A DNA stretch of 50,307 nt from a bacterium (lineage in GTDB: Bacteria; Patescibacteriota; Minisyncoccia; Phycocordibacterales; Phycocordibacteraceae): NCBI GenBank assembly GCA_021789225.1, contig JAJYJQ010000002.1, forward strand, positions 1-50,307. The letters are read 5' to 3'. Below are positions 7,513 to 15,780 of this stretch, one piece after another. Under the pieces are notes generated by a model. It ran no database searches. It saw only the letters and a list, made by a program, of their open reading frames with translations, and was not told the origin of the DNA. How positions within the stretch are numbered: position 1 is the stretch's first letter; each line of letters starts with the position of its first letter. The position numbers were made by a program, and so were the translations under genes.

Positions 7513-8244
7513 CTATGGTCGGAGACTGCCAAGCAAGCCCTCCAACACGCTTTCTGGATACAGATCGCCTGGATAGATTTCGATAAGTTTAAATCCAAGC
7601 TTCTCGGCGAGCTCGCGTTTCTTCCTGATGTTTAGATCGTATGCTCGTTTTGCTCCCGCAAGGCCGAAGAACTCAATAAGCGTATCGCTTCCGATCTTAA
7701 AATCTGCGGTAAAACGCGTCTTCCCGTATCGAGTATGGCGCTCATGCGCTATGCCTTCTCTGGAAAGCAAATCGTCTATGATTTTCTCCGAGAACGAATC
7801 ACACACGTGGCCGTCAGCTGCGGTGAATTTCCTAGCGAAAAGGACCGGATTTGTCTCAAAACCCGCCTTCTTTATGGCGTTATTCCAGCTTCCAAATCTT
7901 GCTTGGTAGATATCCCACGCATTGAATTCGTTTTTCAAAGGAATTCGGCCGGTGCGCTGATAGAAATCCCTAATCTCATCCAGGAGTTCTTCGTCAGTGT
8001 ATTTCTTAACGAATTGATGGGGTCGTAAGCGTATCTTTATAGATTCTCTTTCCGAATTGCCTATCGGGCTGCGCTTGTTCCGGCGCGCCTCTACGGATTC
8101 TTTTTGCGCGGCAGTAAGGCCGATTCCTTTCGTCCACAGATGAGCCGTGCTCAAACTGATGTGCAAGGTTCTCGCTATTTCTCGGTGGGTTTGCCCACTT
8201 TGTCGGAGATGAATAGCTCTAGTTCTCTCTTCTCTCGGACGCAT
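7513..8244 (-). CDS. homing-endonuclease-like protein: N-terminal HTH, homing-endonuclease-associated repeat, C-terminal PD-(D/E)xK-like nuclease
   Basis: HTH (HREIARTLHISLSTAHLW). Repeat YTDEELLDEIRDFYQRTGRIPLKNEF...ARFGSWNNAIKKAGF. C-terminus ADFKIGSDTLIEFFG...RKKRELAEKLGFKLIEIY resembles Vsr/DUF559-type restriction-endonuclease folds. Confidence 0.65.
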   Translation of the reverse strand: MRPREERTRAIHLRQSGQTHREIARTLHISLSTAHLWTKGIGLTAAQKESVEARRNKRSPIGNSERESIKIRLRPHQFVKKYTDEELLDEIRDFYQRTGRIPLKNEFNAWDIYQARFGSWNNAIKKAGFETNPVLFARKFTAADGHVCDSFSEKIIDDLLSREGIAHERHTRYGKTRFTADFKIGSDTLIEFFGLAGAKRAYDLNIRKKRELAEKLGFKLIEIYPGDLYPESVLEGLLGSLRP

Positions 8245-8315
8245 ACGTTAATTATAGCAGCCGAGAATACCTACGAGCGGCGTAACGTGGTATGCTGGCG
8301 TTCGTGCGGGCGGCC

Positions 8316-8455
8316 GTATCCTGCAGAGCCAGGATACTGTCCCTCGTTCCGGAGAATAAATGCAAATAATTTTGCATTTATTTCCTCCACTCGGGCCGTA
8401 AGCAGAGCTTTCGGCCACTCATTCCGTTCGAATAACACACGCGAGTGTGTTATTC
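8316..8455 (+). other. structured non-coding spacer with three strong hairpins
   Basis: H1: GTATCCTG/CAGGATAC (8316-8337). H2: GGAGAATAAATGCAAA/TTTGCATTTATT(TC)CTCC (8351-8388). H3: GAATAACACAC/GTGTGTTATTC (8430-8455). In addition, CTCCA-N-TCGGGCCGTA occurs at both 8386-8400 and 8460-8474. Confidence 0.6.
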
Positions 8456-8465
8456 TCACTCCAAT

Positions 8466-8536
8466 CGGGCCGTAGTATACCGGTAGTATTTACGCATGGG
8501 GTGCGTAAGAACCGGGTTCGATTCCCGGCGGCCCGA
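8466..8536 (+). tRNA. tRNA-Pro (anticodon GGG)
   Basis: Acceptor CGGGCCG/CGGCCCG, anticodon stem TACGC/GCGTA with loop ATGGGGT, T-arm CCGGGTTCGATTCCCGG. Confidence 0.85.
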
Positions 8537-8559
8537 CTTGATTCTTGTATACTGTCCGC

Positions 8560-9246
8560 ATGGCGCATCATGCGTATGTGATAGCGGGGGAGCGAGAGGC
8601 GGCGGTCGCGCGCGCGGTTGAGTTTTTGGCGCGCGAGCACGGCCTCGCGGCGGAGGCGAACCCCGACCTCATTATCCGCAAGCATAGTCTTTTTTCGGTC
8701 GAGGATGCGCGCGCACTTGGCGCGCTCGCGATGCTTGCGCCCGTTACGGGAGAGACGAAAGCTATCGTGCTTGCGATGGATCGTGTGTATCACGAGGCGC
8801 AGAACGCACTCCTGAAACTGCTCGAAGAGCCGCCCGCAGGAACCATAATCATTCTCGCGGTGCCGCAGATCGCGATGCTTTTGCCGACGGTGCGTTCGCG
8901 CGTACTGCTGCTGCCAGGCGCCCAGGTGCACGCGCAAGAGATTTCAGAAGAAGCGCAGGCGTTTCTCGATGCGACGAAAGAAAAGCGGGCGGCGCTCATC
9001 AAGAAGCTCGCGACCGGCAAAGACGAAGACGCACGCCGCGCGAACCGTGATGCGGCGATCCGTATCATCGATGGTGTGGAGCGGGCGGCGTATGCAGCGT
9101 ATGGCGCGGAAGAGGAGCGCGCGAAGCGCGAAGCGCTTCGCGCGCTTTTGGCCGACATCGAAATACTCCGCGGCTATCTGTACGATCGCGCCGCGCCCGT
9201 GCGCATGATCCTGGAGCATCTTTCGATCGTGTTGCCGAAGTTCTAG
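8560..9246 (+). CDS. holB: DNA polymerase III delta-prime-like subunit
   Basis: HAYVIAGE start and the clamp-loader box NALLKLLEEPPAGTIIILA followed by PTVRSR. Confidence 0.75.
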   Translation: MAHHAYVIAGEREAAVARAVEFLAREHGLAAEANPDLIIRKHSLFSVEDARALGALAMLAPVTGETKAIVLAMDRVYHEAQNALLKLLEEPPAGTIIILAVPQIAMLLPTVRSRVLLLPGAQVHAQEISEEAQAFLDATKEKRAALIKKLATGKDEDARRANRDAAIRIIDGVERAAYAAYGAEEERAKREALRALLADIEILRGYLYDRAAPVRMILEHLSIVLPKF

Positions 9247-9257
9247 CTCACAGAGGT

Positions 9258-9482
9258 ATGTACCTGAAAGTCATCGTCACGCCCGGGGCACGCAAGGAGC
9301 GTGTGGAAGAAAAGGAAGACGGGTCACTCTTCATTTCTGTGCGCGAGCCGGCATCAGGAAACCATGCAAACACACGCGTGCGCGAGCTTGTGGCGCTCCG
9401 CCTGGGCGTGCCAGCCTCGCAGGTGCGGATACTGACAGGGCACCATTCACGGTCTAAAATGTTGAGTATTACTACTCCCTAA
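9258..9482 (+). CDS. DUF167 (YggU) family protein
   Basis: 74 aa with the pattern LKVIVTPGARKERVEE...ISVREPASGNHANTRVRELVA typical of UPF0235/DUF167. Confidence 0.65.
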   Translation: MYLKVIVTPGARKERVEEKEDGSLFISVREPASGNHANTRVRELVALRLGVPASQVRILTGHHSRSKMLSITTP

Positions 9483-9493
9483 CCGACGCATCT

Positions 9494-9856
9494 ATGAACA
9501 TCATTTTCAAAGTCACCCCCGATGCATTGCTCGAAGACGTGCAGCGCCTTGCAGATGAGCACTTGAGGCCGCTTGAGCGCGTGCTCGCGGAAAAGGCTCA
9601 GCGCGCAGAGCTTACGCTCGATGTGATGCGCGACACGAAGCAGCAGTCCGGCAACGTATTCAATGCGTCAGGCAATTTGGTAGTTGAGGGCGCAGTGTTT
9701 CATGCGCGAGCGCGAGGGGATTCGATCGAGCTTGTGCTCGACAAAGTGCGCGACGACCTCGTGCGTGAGGTGCGCACATCAAACGGCCGTGCGAAAAGTC
9801 TCCTGCGTCGCGGCGGCAAGGCGGTCAAATCGTTCCTGCGTTTCGGGAGGCGGTAG
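9494..9856 (+). CDS. ribosome hibernation factor (HPF/RaiA)-like protein
   Basis: Size and central pattern (NLVVEGAVFHARARGDSIELVLDKVRDDLVREV) match the HPF beta-alpha-beta-beta-beta-alpha core. Confidence 0.5.
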   Translation: MNIIFKVTPDALLEDVQRLADEHLRPLERVLAEKAQRAELTLDVMRDTKQQSGNVFNASGNLVVEGAVFHARARGDSIELVLDKVRDDLVREVRTSNGRAKSLLRRGGKAVKSFLRFGRR

Positions 9857-9886
9857 TGGGGCAGCCGGAGTGGCGGAGTAAAAAAC

Positions 9887-9922
9887 GCGGCGGGCCTTTT
9901 GCCCGCCGCGCGGCTTCTTTTC
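9887..9922 (+). terminator. terminator candidate
   Basis: GCGGCGGGC-CTTTT-GCCCGCCGC stem, with the T-rich tract slightly displaced. Confidence 0.5.
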
Positions 9923-10091
9923 ATGGTCCAATTCTTCACTTTACGAGAATCATCAAAGGCGATAGATTTGTAATTGAAAGAGCGACTCGATTGCCATACA
10001 AAAGTTCCTTAAGGAGGTGGTGCGGGGAATAAGTGAGATCGGAATAAGCAAGCTGGTTCAATCGAAATCAAAATGACCAAAGGAGGTCAAA

Positions 10092-10619
10092 ATGAGAACG
10101 AGACTTCTTGTCTCCACGCTGTTGTCGGCGCTTCTTCTCTTTGCCTGTATGGGAACAGCCTTCGCTGGCTGGCATGACCTGACGCAGGCTCAAAGAAATC
10201 AAGCCATTATCAACGAGGCCAATAGCTACAGCAATGGTTCTTACGGCGGCCAATGCAAGGTCTGGGTGCAAAATGTCGTGTATGACGCATCCGGTAGTTC
10301 CGTTTGGTTGCCGACCAATGCCGACAATTGCTCGTGGAATTACAGTCCGTACGCAGTCGCGCGGTGTGGTCTCCTGGACTGGGTTTCTGCTGGTGAAATC
10401 ATACAAATGCAGCTCAGCAGTGCTTATGGCAGCGGACCGCACACTTTGATTGTCACGAGCAATAATGGCAGCCAGATCACCGTCAAGGAAAGCAACTGGT
10501 GCTCCGGCAATTGCGAGACGGTCAGGATCGCGAACGTTAACCTATCAGCAGTTCTACGATATGGTAGATTGCTACACTATCTACTACGTCCAGTAAACAG
10601 CATCACGTCCTACAAATAA
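10092..10619 (+). CDS. secreted papain-like (CHAP/NlpC-P60-type) cysteine peptidase/amidase candidate
   Basis: Signal peptide, then a candidate Cys nucleophile in GGQCKVWVQN and a His in GSGPHTLIV, followed by KESNW. The AAAGGAGG RBS is strong. The C-terminal 30 aa are of doubtful frame (see findings). Confidence 0.4.
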   Translation: MRTRLLVSTLLSALLLFACMGTAFAGWHDLTQAQRNQAIINEANSYSNGSYGGQCKVWVQNVVYDASGSSVWLPTNADNCSWNYSPYAVARCGLLDWVSAGEIIQMQLSSAYGSGPHTLIVTSNNGSQITVKESNWCSGNCETVRIANVNLSAVLRYGRLLHYLLRPVNSITSYK

Positions 10620-10646
10620 GCGAGGGTTTCGACCCTCGCTTATTTC
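10618..10646 (+). terminator. Rho-independent terminator
   Basis: AAGCGAGGG-TTTCGA-CCCTCGCTT followed by ATTTC. Confidence 0.65.
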
Positions 10647-10662
10647 ACGTATACTGCTGCAT

Positions 10663-11427
10663 ATGCGCCACAGCAAAAAGACATTCTTGCTAGTGCTGTT
10701 GCTCGGGATGATTCTGGTGATTGTAAGCGCGGTTTATCTCGACCAGAGTGCCAATGTGCAAAAGATGTCGGCTTTTGAAAAAGTCGAGGCGGTGGTCAGC
10801 AAGCAAACCCAAGTGAACGCCTCTCAGAGCACAGCTCGTTTTATATGGATTGAGAATGGCTATTCTATCTCGGTTCCAGCAACGGATAGTTTTTACATAA
10901 GGAAGCAGAACGGTCCAGCTTTGGAACCAGACGCTGTGCCGAGGCTTTTTGAACGGGAAATTTCCAGCATCAAGGATGTTTTAGGTGATGAAAGTTTCGC
11001 TTTAAACGAAGAAAATTCCTCGAAAGATTTTTCCGACCGAACTTTTTACGATTACGTTCAGGCGTATCAAAAAGGCAATGAGTTGTGCATGTTAAAAATC
11101 AACCCTGATGACGTGGGCTATTACCAACTGGATTTTTCTTGCGGAGATTCTCTCCAGCAAGCGTACGAAGAACAGCTTCCGTTCCTTGAGGTCTTGGGAT
11201 TGAAAGACAAACACGCGACTGTTACCGTGCAAAATCAAAAAGGCGAGTACTACGAAATCGGCATCGGCAACGTGCGCGCCGGCTCAGATGCTGTTATCAA
11301 AAGAGAGGACGGCGTGTACAGAGTTTTGTACATCGGGCAAGAAGCGCCTTCGTGCAATCTGATTGAAAAGGAACAGATACCGTCTGAGGTGTTGCGTTCT
11401 ATGGGTGGAGATAGGGTGTGTCAGTGA
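10663..11427 (+). CDS. membrane-anchored hypothetical protein
   Basis: N-terminal TM anchor (FLLVLLLGMILVIVSAVYL) and an AT-richer body. No family recognised. Confidence 0.55.
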   Translation: MRHSKKTFLLVLLLGMILVIVSAVYLDQSANVQKMSAFEKVEAVVSKQTQVNASQSTARFIWIENGYSISVPATDSFYIRKQNGPALEPDAVPRLFEREISSIKDVLGDESFALNEENSSKDFSDRTFYDYVQAYQKGNELCMLKINPDDVGYYQLDFSCGDSLQQAYEEQLPFLEVLGLKDKHATVTVQNQKGEYYEIGIGNVRAGSDAVIKREDGVYRVLYIGQEAPSCNLIEKEQIPSEVLRSMGGDRVCQ

Positions 11428-11440
11428 GTGAGAGTAAACC

Positions 11441-12307
11441 CTACTCCGCCACCCAGCCTGCGCGGAGGAGGTCGGCGAAGTCTTGTTCGTTTTTGCCTTC
11501 GGGGGTGATGCGCTCGGGGATGAACGTTTCATTCTCGAAGCGCGCACGGGCGATCTTCACGCGGATGCGTTTGCCCTCGCGGTTTGCAAAAAAGTAGGTG
11601 CCCGGGTTTTCGATGTAGGCGCGGTAGGTGTTCCAGTTTGTATGTGCATCGCCGGCGAGCGTGAGCAAACCGTCTTCTTTTTTAATCTTTGGCGCGTACG
11701 TGGCCTGAGTGGCGTCCTGAGGTGCACCGTCGAGCGAGCCGCTTACAAAGGCCGGCAAAATATCTGCAAGCAGCTTCGCGCCCTCGGTGATGAGGCGCGG
11801 TCGCAGCTCGCGGGCCGTCTCGTCTGGTGCTATGGAAACGCCGCGCACGGCGAGCACGTCACCCGCATCCACCTCGCGCACCATCTTTTGTATGGAAACG
11901 CCGGTCACGGTGTCGCCGTTTTTCAGTGCCGCTTCGACTGGGGAGGCGCCGCGATATTTGGGCAGGAGGGAATAGTGAATGTTTATGACGCCGTGCGGGA
12001 AACGCGCGATGAGCTCCTCGGGAAAGATCTTGCCGTACGCGACGACGACCGCGAACGCGCAGCCGTATGAGGCGATGGTGTCGAGCGCAGCAGCATCGAG
12101 CTTCTCGGGTGTTTCCACCGGCACGTCGTGTGCGAGCGCCCAGGTCTTCACCTCGGAGGGGGTGAGGATGTGGCCGCGTCCGCGTGGCGCGTCTGGGTTG
12201 GTGACGATGAGTGCAGGCGTGACGCTGCGCTCCGCCAGCAGCTCGAGCGTGTCGCGCGCGACCGAAGGCGTGCCAAAAAAAGCGAACTTAGGAAGCGTGC
12301 TCGCCAT
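11441..12307 (-). CDS. fmt: methionyl-tRNA formyltransferase
   Basis: FFGTPSVA..., NPDAPRGRG, NIHYSLLPKYRGASPV. The start is placed at the Met of MASTLPKF, because the longer ORF overlaps def. Confidence 0.9.
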   Translation of the reverse strand: MASTLPKFAFFGTPSVARDTLELLAERSVTPALIVTNPDAPRGRGHILTPSEVKTWALAHDVPVETPEKLDAAALDTIASYGCAFAVVVAYGKIFPEELIARFPHGVINIHYSLLPKYRGASPVEAALKNGDTVTGVSIQKMVREVDAGDVLAVRGVSIAPDETARELRPRLITEGAKLLADILPAFVSGSLDGAPQDATQATYAPKIKKEDGLLTLAGDAHTNWNTYRAYIENPGTYFFANREGKRIRVKIARARFENETFIPERITPEGKNEQDFADLLRAGWVAE

Positions 12308-12836
12308 GGCGTTCCTTGGCATCTCCCTCAGGGATGAATTCATAGAGGTCGAGCGCGTGGTCGATGAAAAGTGTGCCGTCGAGGTGGTCGGTCTCGTGCT
12401 GGAATATTTGCGCGAGGATACCGCCGCCGCCGCGCGTGAAGTGGGAGCCGTCCTCGCGCTGGGCGGAGATGGTCGCGCGCTCATGGCGGAGCGTGTGGCC
12501 GTAGATGCCGCGTACGGAGAGGCAGCCTTCCTCCATCTCGACGCGGCGGCGCGAGGTCTTCAGGATTTTCGGATTGATGTACACGCCGACATCCGGAGTT
12601 GTGCGTGCTTCCTCGGGCGCGCTCGGCGGCAGGATGCGGTCGTAGCGGACGATAAAGATGCGGTAGGGGAGGTCGATCTGCGGCGCAGCGAGCGCCACGC
12701 CGTCGGGCGCGCTGTCGAGCGCCGCAGTCATGTCTTTGAGCATGCGCGCAAGCTCAGGGCTCCCGAAGAGCTCTTTCGGCACTGGCTGGGCGATGTCGCG
12801 CAGCACGGGCGTTCCTTCCTGGACTATTTCTTTCAT
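12288..12836 (-). CDS. def: peptide deformylase
   Basis: GVALAAPQI, EEGCLSV and HETDHLDG motifs. def-fmt order with a 20-nt overlap. Confidence 0.9.
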   Translation of the reverse strand: MKEIVQEGTPVLRDIAQPVPKELFGSPELARMLKDMTAALDSAPDGVALAAPQIDLPYRIFIVRYDRILPPSAPEEARTTPDVGVYINPKILKTSRRRVEMEEGCLSVRGIYGHTLRHERATISAQREDGSHFTRGGGGILAQIFQHETDHLDGTLFIDHALDLYEFIPEGDAKERHGEHAS

Positions 12837-12983
12837 TGTGCCGACTATAGCACGCGTCTCGCATTTCGCACCGTTTTTCGCTTTCTCCACAAAGCGCGCA
12901 AAAGGCGATTGACCCGCTTCCAGAAAGACGTACAATAAATCATGCCTCAGCATATAGCCTCGGGGGCGTTAAAAATACCTTTT

Positions 12984-13352
12984 ATGAAGAAAACACTCAC
13001 CGCACTCACTACTCTCGCGACGTTCTCGCTGCCGCTCCTGGCCGCAGCCCAGACCGTGGTCACCAACCTCTCGCAGGCCGGCGGATTCGTGATCAACATC
13101 ATCAACGGCGTTCTCGTGCCGGTTCTCTTCGCCATCGCCTTTATCGTGTTCATCTGGGGTGCGTTCAAAGCATTCATCTTGGGCGCAAATGACAATGACG
13201 CGAAGGAGAAGGGGAAGAACCTCATGCTCTGGGGCCTCATCGGTTTCTTCGTGATGGTCTCGGTGTGGGGTCTCGTGAACATCCTTACCGGTTCGGTCGG
13301 TCTCAACAACTCCGTTACCCTCCCGAATTCGGGTGTAAACATCGGCCACTAA
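12984..13352 (+). CDS. small secreted two-TM protein with VirB2/TrbC-pilin-like topology
   Basis: Signal peptide MKKTLTALTTLATFSLPLLAAAQ, TM1, a charged loop (GANDNDAKEKGKN), then TM2. Paralogous to 13439-13717. Confidence 0.5.
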   Translation: MKKTLTALTTLATFSLPLLAAAQTVVTNLSQAGGFVINIINGVLVPVLFAIAFIVFIWGAFKAFILGANDNDAKEKGKNLMLWGLIGFFVMVSVWGLVNILTGSVGLNNSVTLPNSGVNIGH

Positions 13353-13376
13353 CCGATCCCTTGTCCCCGAGAAAAA

Positions 13377-13404
13377 CGCGCCAGGCCCCGAGGGGCCTGG
13401 CGCG
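13377..13404 (+). terminator. GC-rich hairpin (terminator candidate, no T-run)
   Basis: CGCGCCAGGCCCC-GA-GGGGCCTGGCGCG, a perfect 13-bp stem. Confidence 0.45.
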
Positions 13405-13438
13405 TCTGCTATACTAAAGGAGAAGTATTGAAAAAGAT

Positions 13439-13717
13439 ATGAATTTCGACTCGCTGTTGCACGGCATCATCGTACAAATCATTAATCCGGTCATCTTGCT
13501 CCTCTCGGGGACGGCTTTTATCGTATTCATCTGGGGCGTGTTCCAGTTCGTAAAGAATGCGGGGGATGAATCGAAGCGCGCGGAAGCGCAGAAATCGATC
13601 CTCTGGGGGATCGTCGGTCTCGTCATCATCTTCGGGGTGTACGGCATCTTGAACGTGGCGACCTCGACCTTCGGCCTCGACCGGGTGGAGCCGATCACGC
13701 ACCAGCCCGGCTCCTAG
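13439..13717 (+). CDS. small two-TM protein, paralog of 12984-13352
   Basis: Shared core FIVFIWG.F.F....D......K..LWG..G.......G..N.....GL. Confidence 0.5.
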   Translation: MNFDSLLHGIIVQIINPVILLLSGTAFIVFIWGVFQFVKNAGDESKRAEAQKSILWGIVGLVIIFGVYGILNVATSTFGLDRVEPITHQPGS

Positions 13718-13849
13718 AGCCTGTCTGAAAACCTCTCCCTGCGTCGCTTCCCAGGGCACACGCGGGTGTGCTAGAGTATCGGCATGCGCGAACGTGCTTC
13801 CGCGTGGTTTATTTTTTAATCTACGTACGAGGCACACGCTGCAGTTACT

Positions 13850-14596
13850 ATGCATTCAGGCATCGAAGTCATCCTTAAAGCCGAGCAGCTGGGAACGCTG
13901 TTCGGACTCCCCATCACTAACAGCCTGATCATGACGTGGATCGTCGGTGCGATCCTCATCATCGGTGCGTATTTCATCGGCCGCAGCTTCTCGCTGAAGC
14001 CGAATAAACTCCAGGCCGGTCTCGAATGGATTTTTTCGAGTGCGACTGACTACGTAGCAGAGCTTCTCGAGAGTGAGACGCTCGCGCGCAGGCTCATGCC
14101 GCTCCTCACGACGGTCTTCCTGTTCATCCTTCTTTCCAATGAGCTCGAATTCTCTCCCGGTATCGGCTCGCTCGGGCTCATGCGCGAGGGAGTCTTCATG
14201 CCGCTCCTGCGCGCGCCGACCTCCGACCTGAACACGACGCTCGCGCTTGCGGTCATTGTGGTCATCGTCATCGAAATGACCGGCGTGCTCACGCTTGGCG
14301 TGCTAAAGTACGGGAAGAAATACCTTAACTTCAGTTCGCCGATCGGGTTTGCGGCGGGGCTCATCGAGCTAGTGAGCAACCTTGGCCGCCTCATCTCGTT
14401 CTCGTTCCGTCTCTTCGGCAACATCTTCGCGGGGGAGGTGATGGTCGCGGTCGCCGGCTACTTCTTGCCGTACGTTTTGCCGGCACCGCTTATGGGATTC
14501 GAGATGTTCATCGGTGTCATCCAGGCGCTGGTGTTCGTGATGTTGACACTGTTCTTCGTGAAGCTTTCCATCATGGAGCCGCACGAGGCGCACTAG
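13850..14596 (+). CDS. atpB: F0F1 ATP synthase subunit a
   Basis: SFSFRLFGNIFAGEVM motif with the essential Arg, and multiple TM helices. Confidence 0.9.
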   Translation: MHSGIEVILKAEQLGTLFGLPITNSLIMTWIVGAILIIGAYFIGRSFSLKPNKLQAGLEWIFSSATDYVAELLESETLARRLMPLLTTVFLFILLSNELEFSPGIGSLGLMREGVFMPLLRAPTSDLNTTLALAVIVVIVIEMTGVLTLGVLKYGKKYLNFSSPIGFAAGLIELVSNLGRLISFSFRLFGNIFAGEVMVAVAGYFLPYVLPAPLMGFEMFIGVIQALVFVMLTLFFVKLSIMEPHEAH

Positions 14597-14662
14597 CCGT
14601 TTGGCAGTGCCTTCGTGCGGCTTCGGGATGTTGAGGTCTCGACGACCTCTCCGAAGCATTAA

Positions 14663-14914
<252 letters not shown>

Positions 14915-14934
14915 GGACGGACCGGTGCCGCCGT

Positions 14935-15378
14935 ATGTCGCATCTTCTCGAAGCATTCGGGCTCAATGGCAAACTCCTGCTCGCGCAGGTGGTGAACATG
15001 GGCATCCTGCTCGCGGCCCTCACGTATTTCCTCTACAAGCCGCTCATGCGCTCGCTCGACGCGCGCCAGAAACTCATGGCGCAAGGTGTCGAGGATGCCC
15101 AGCGTGCAGCAGAGAAGCTCGCGACCGCAGATGATGCAGCCACGAAGCGCGTCACGGACGCGGAGAGTCAGGCGGAAGGTATCGTGCTCTCGGCACGCGA
15201 AACGGCGCAGGCAGAGCGCACCCGCATCGTGAAGGAGGCGGAAGATCGCGCGACGGCGCTCATGACGGACGCCGAAATGCGCGCGAAAGAGAACGCCGCC
15301 AAGACGATGCGCGAGAGCGAGAAGGAAATCGCCCGACTCGCGATCCTCGCGGCAGAGAAGACGCTCCGCGCCAAATAG
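14935..15378 (+). CDS. atpF: F0F1 ATP synthase subunit b
   Basis: N-terminal TM followed by a long charged Ala/Glu/Arg helix. Position in the operon supports the call. Confidence 0.8.
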   Translation: MSHLLEAFGLNGKLLLAQVVNMGILLAALTYFLYKPLMRSLDARQKLMAQGVEDAQRAAEKLATADDAATKRVTDAESQAEGIVLSARETAQAERTRIVKEAEDRATALMTDAEMRAKENAAKTMRESEKEIARLAILAAEKTLRAK

Positions 15379-15380
15379 CT

Positions 15381-15770
15381 ATGGCGACCGCTCCGCAGCT
15401 TGCTCGCTACTACGCCCAGGCGCTCACGCGTGTCGCTGCGGCGCCGGGTGCAGACGGATCGGCGCTCGCGAAGAATCTCATCGCGCATCTGCGCGCGACC
15501 GGCCGCATGAAGCTTTTGCCGCACATCGCACGTTCTCTCAAGGAGGCACATGCTCGCCAGGGAACGCTCTCGGGCGTGGTGGAAGTCGCGCGGGAAGAGG
15601 AGCGAGACACGGCGCTTGCCGAAGCTGCGGCTGCCGGGGTCCACGCCAAGACGGTCGCGGTAAATCCGGCGCTCGTGCGCGGCTGGCGTGCGCGCTCGGC
15701 AGGTACGCTCATCGACCGTTCGGCCAAACGCTCGCTCATCGAACTTTATCAACGCATTACTAGTGCCTAA
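15381..15770 (+). CDS. atpH: F0F1 ATP synthase subunit delta (OSCP), short form
   Basis: Operon position and the C-terminal pattern VAVNPALVRGWRARSAGTLIDRSAKRSLIELYQRI. Only 129 aa. Confidence 0.7.
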   Translation: MATAPQLARYYAQALTRVAAAPGADGSALAKNLIAHLRATGRMKLLPHIARSLKEAHARQGTLSGVVEVAREEERDTALAEAAAAGVHAKTVAVNPALVRGWRARSAGTLIDRSAKRSLIELYQRITSA

Positions 15771-15780
15771 TCACTGAGTC

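Noticed and set aside
10020-10076. Possible 18-codon upstream ORF after an AAGGAGG at 10011-10017
   Set aside because: The GTG candidates lie 0-2 nt from the Shine-Dalgarno-like sequence, which is too close for initiation. There is no peptide or attenuator logic with the downstream secreted-protein gene.
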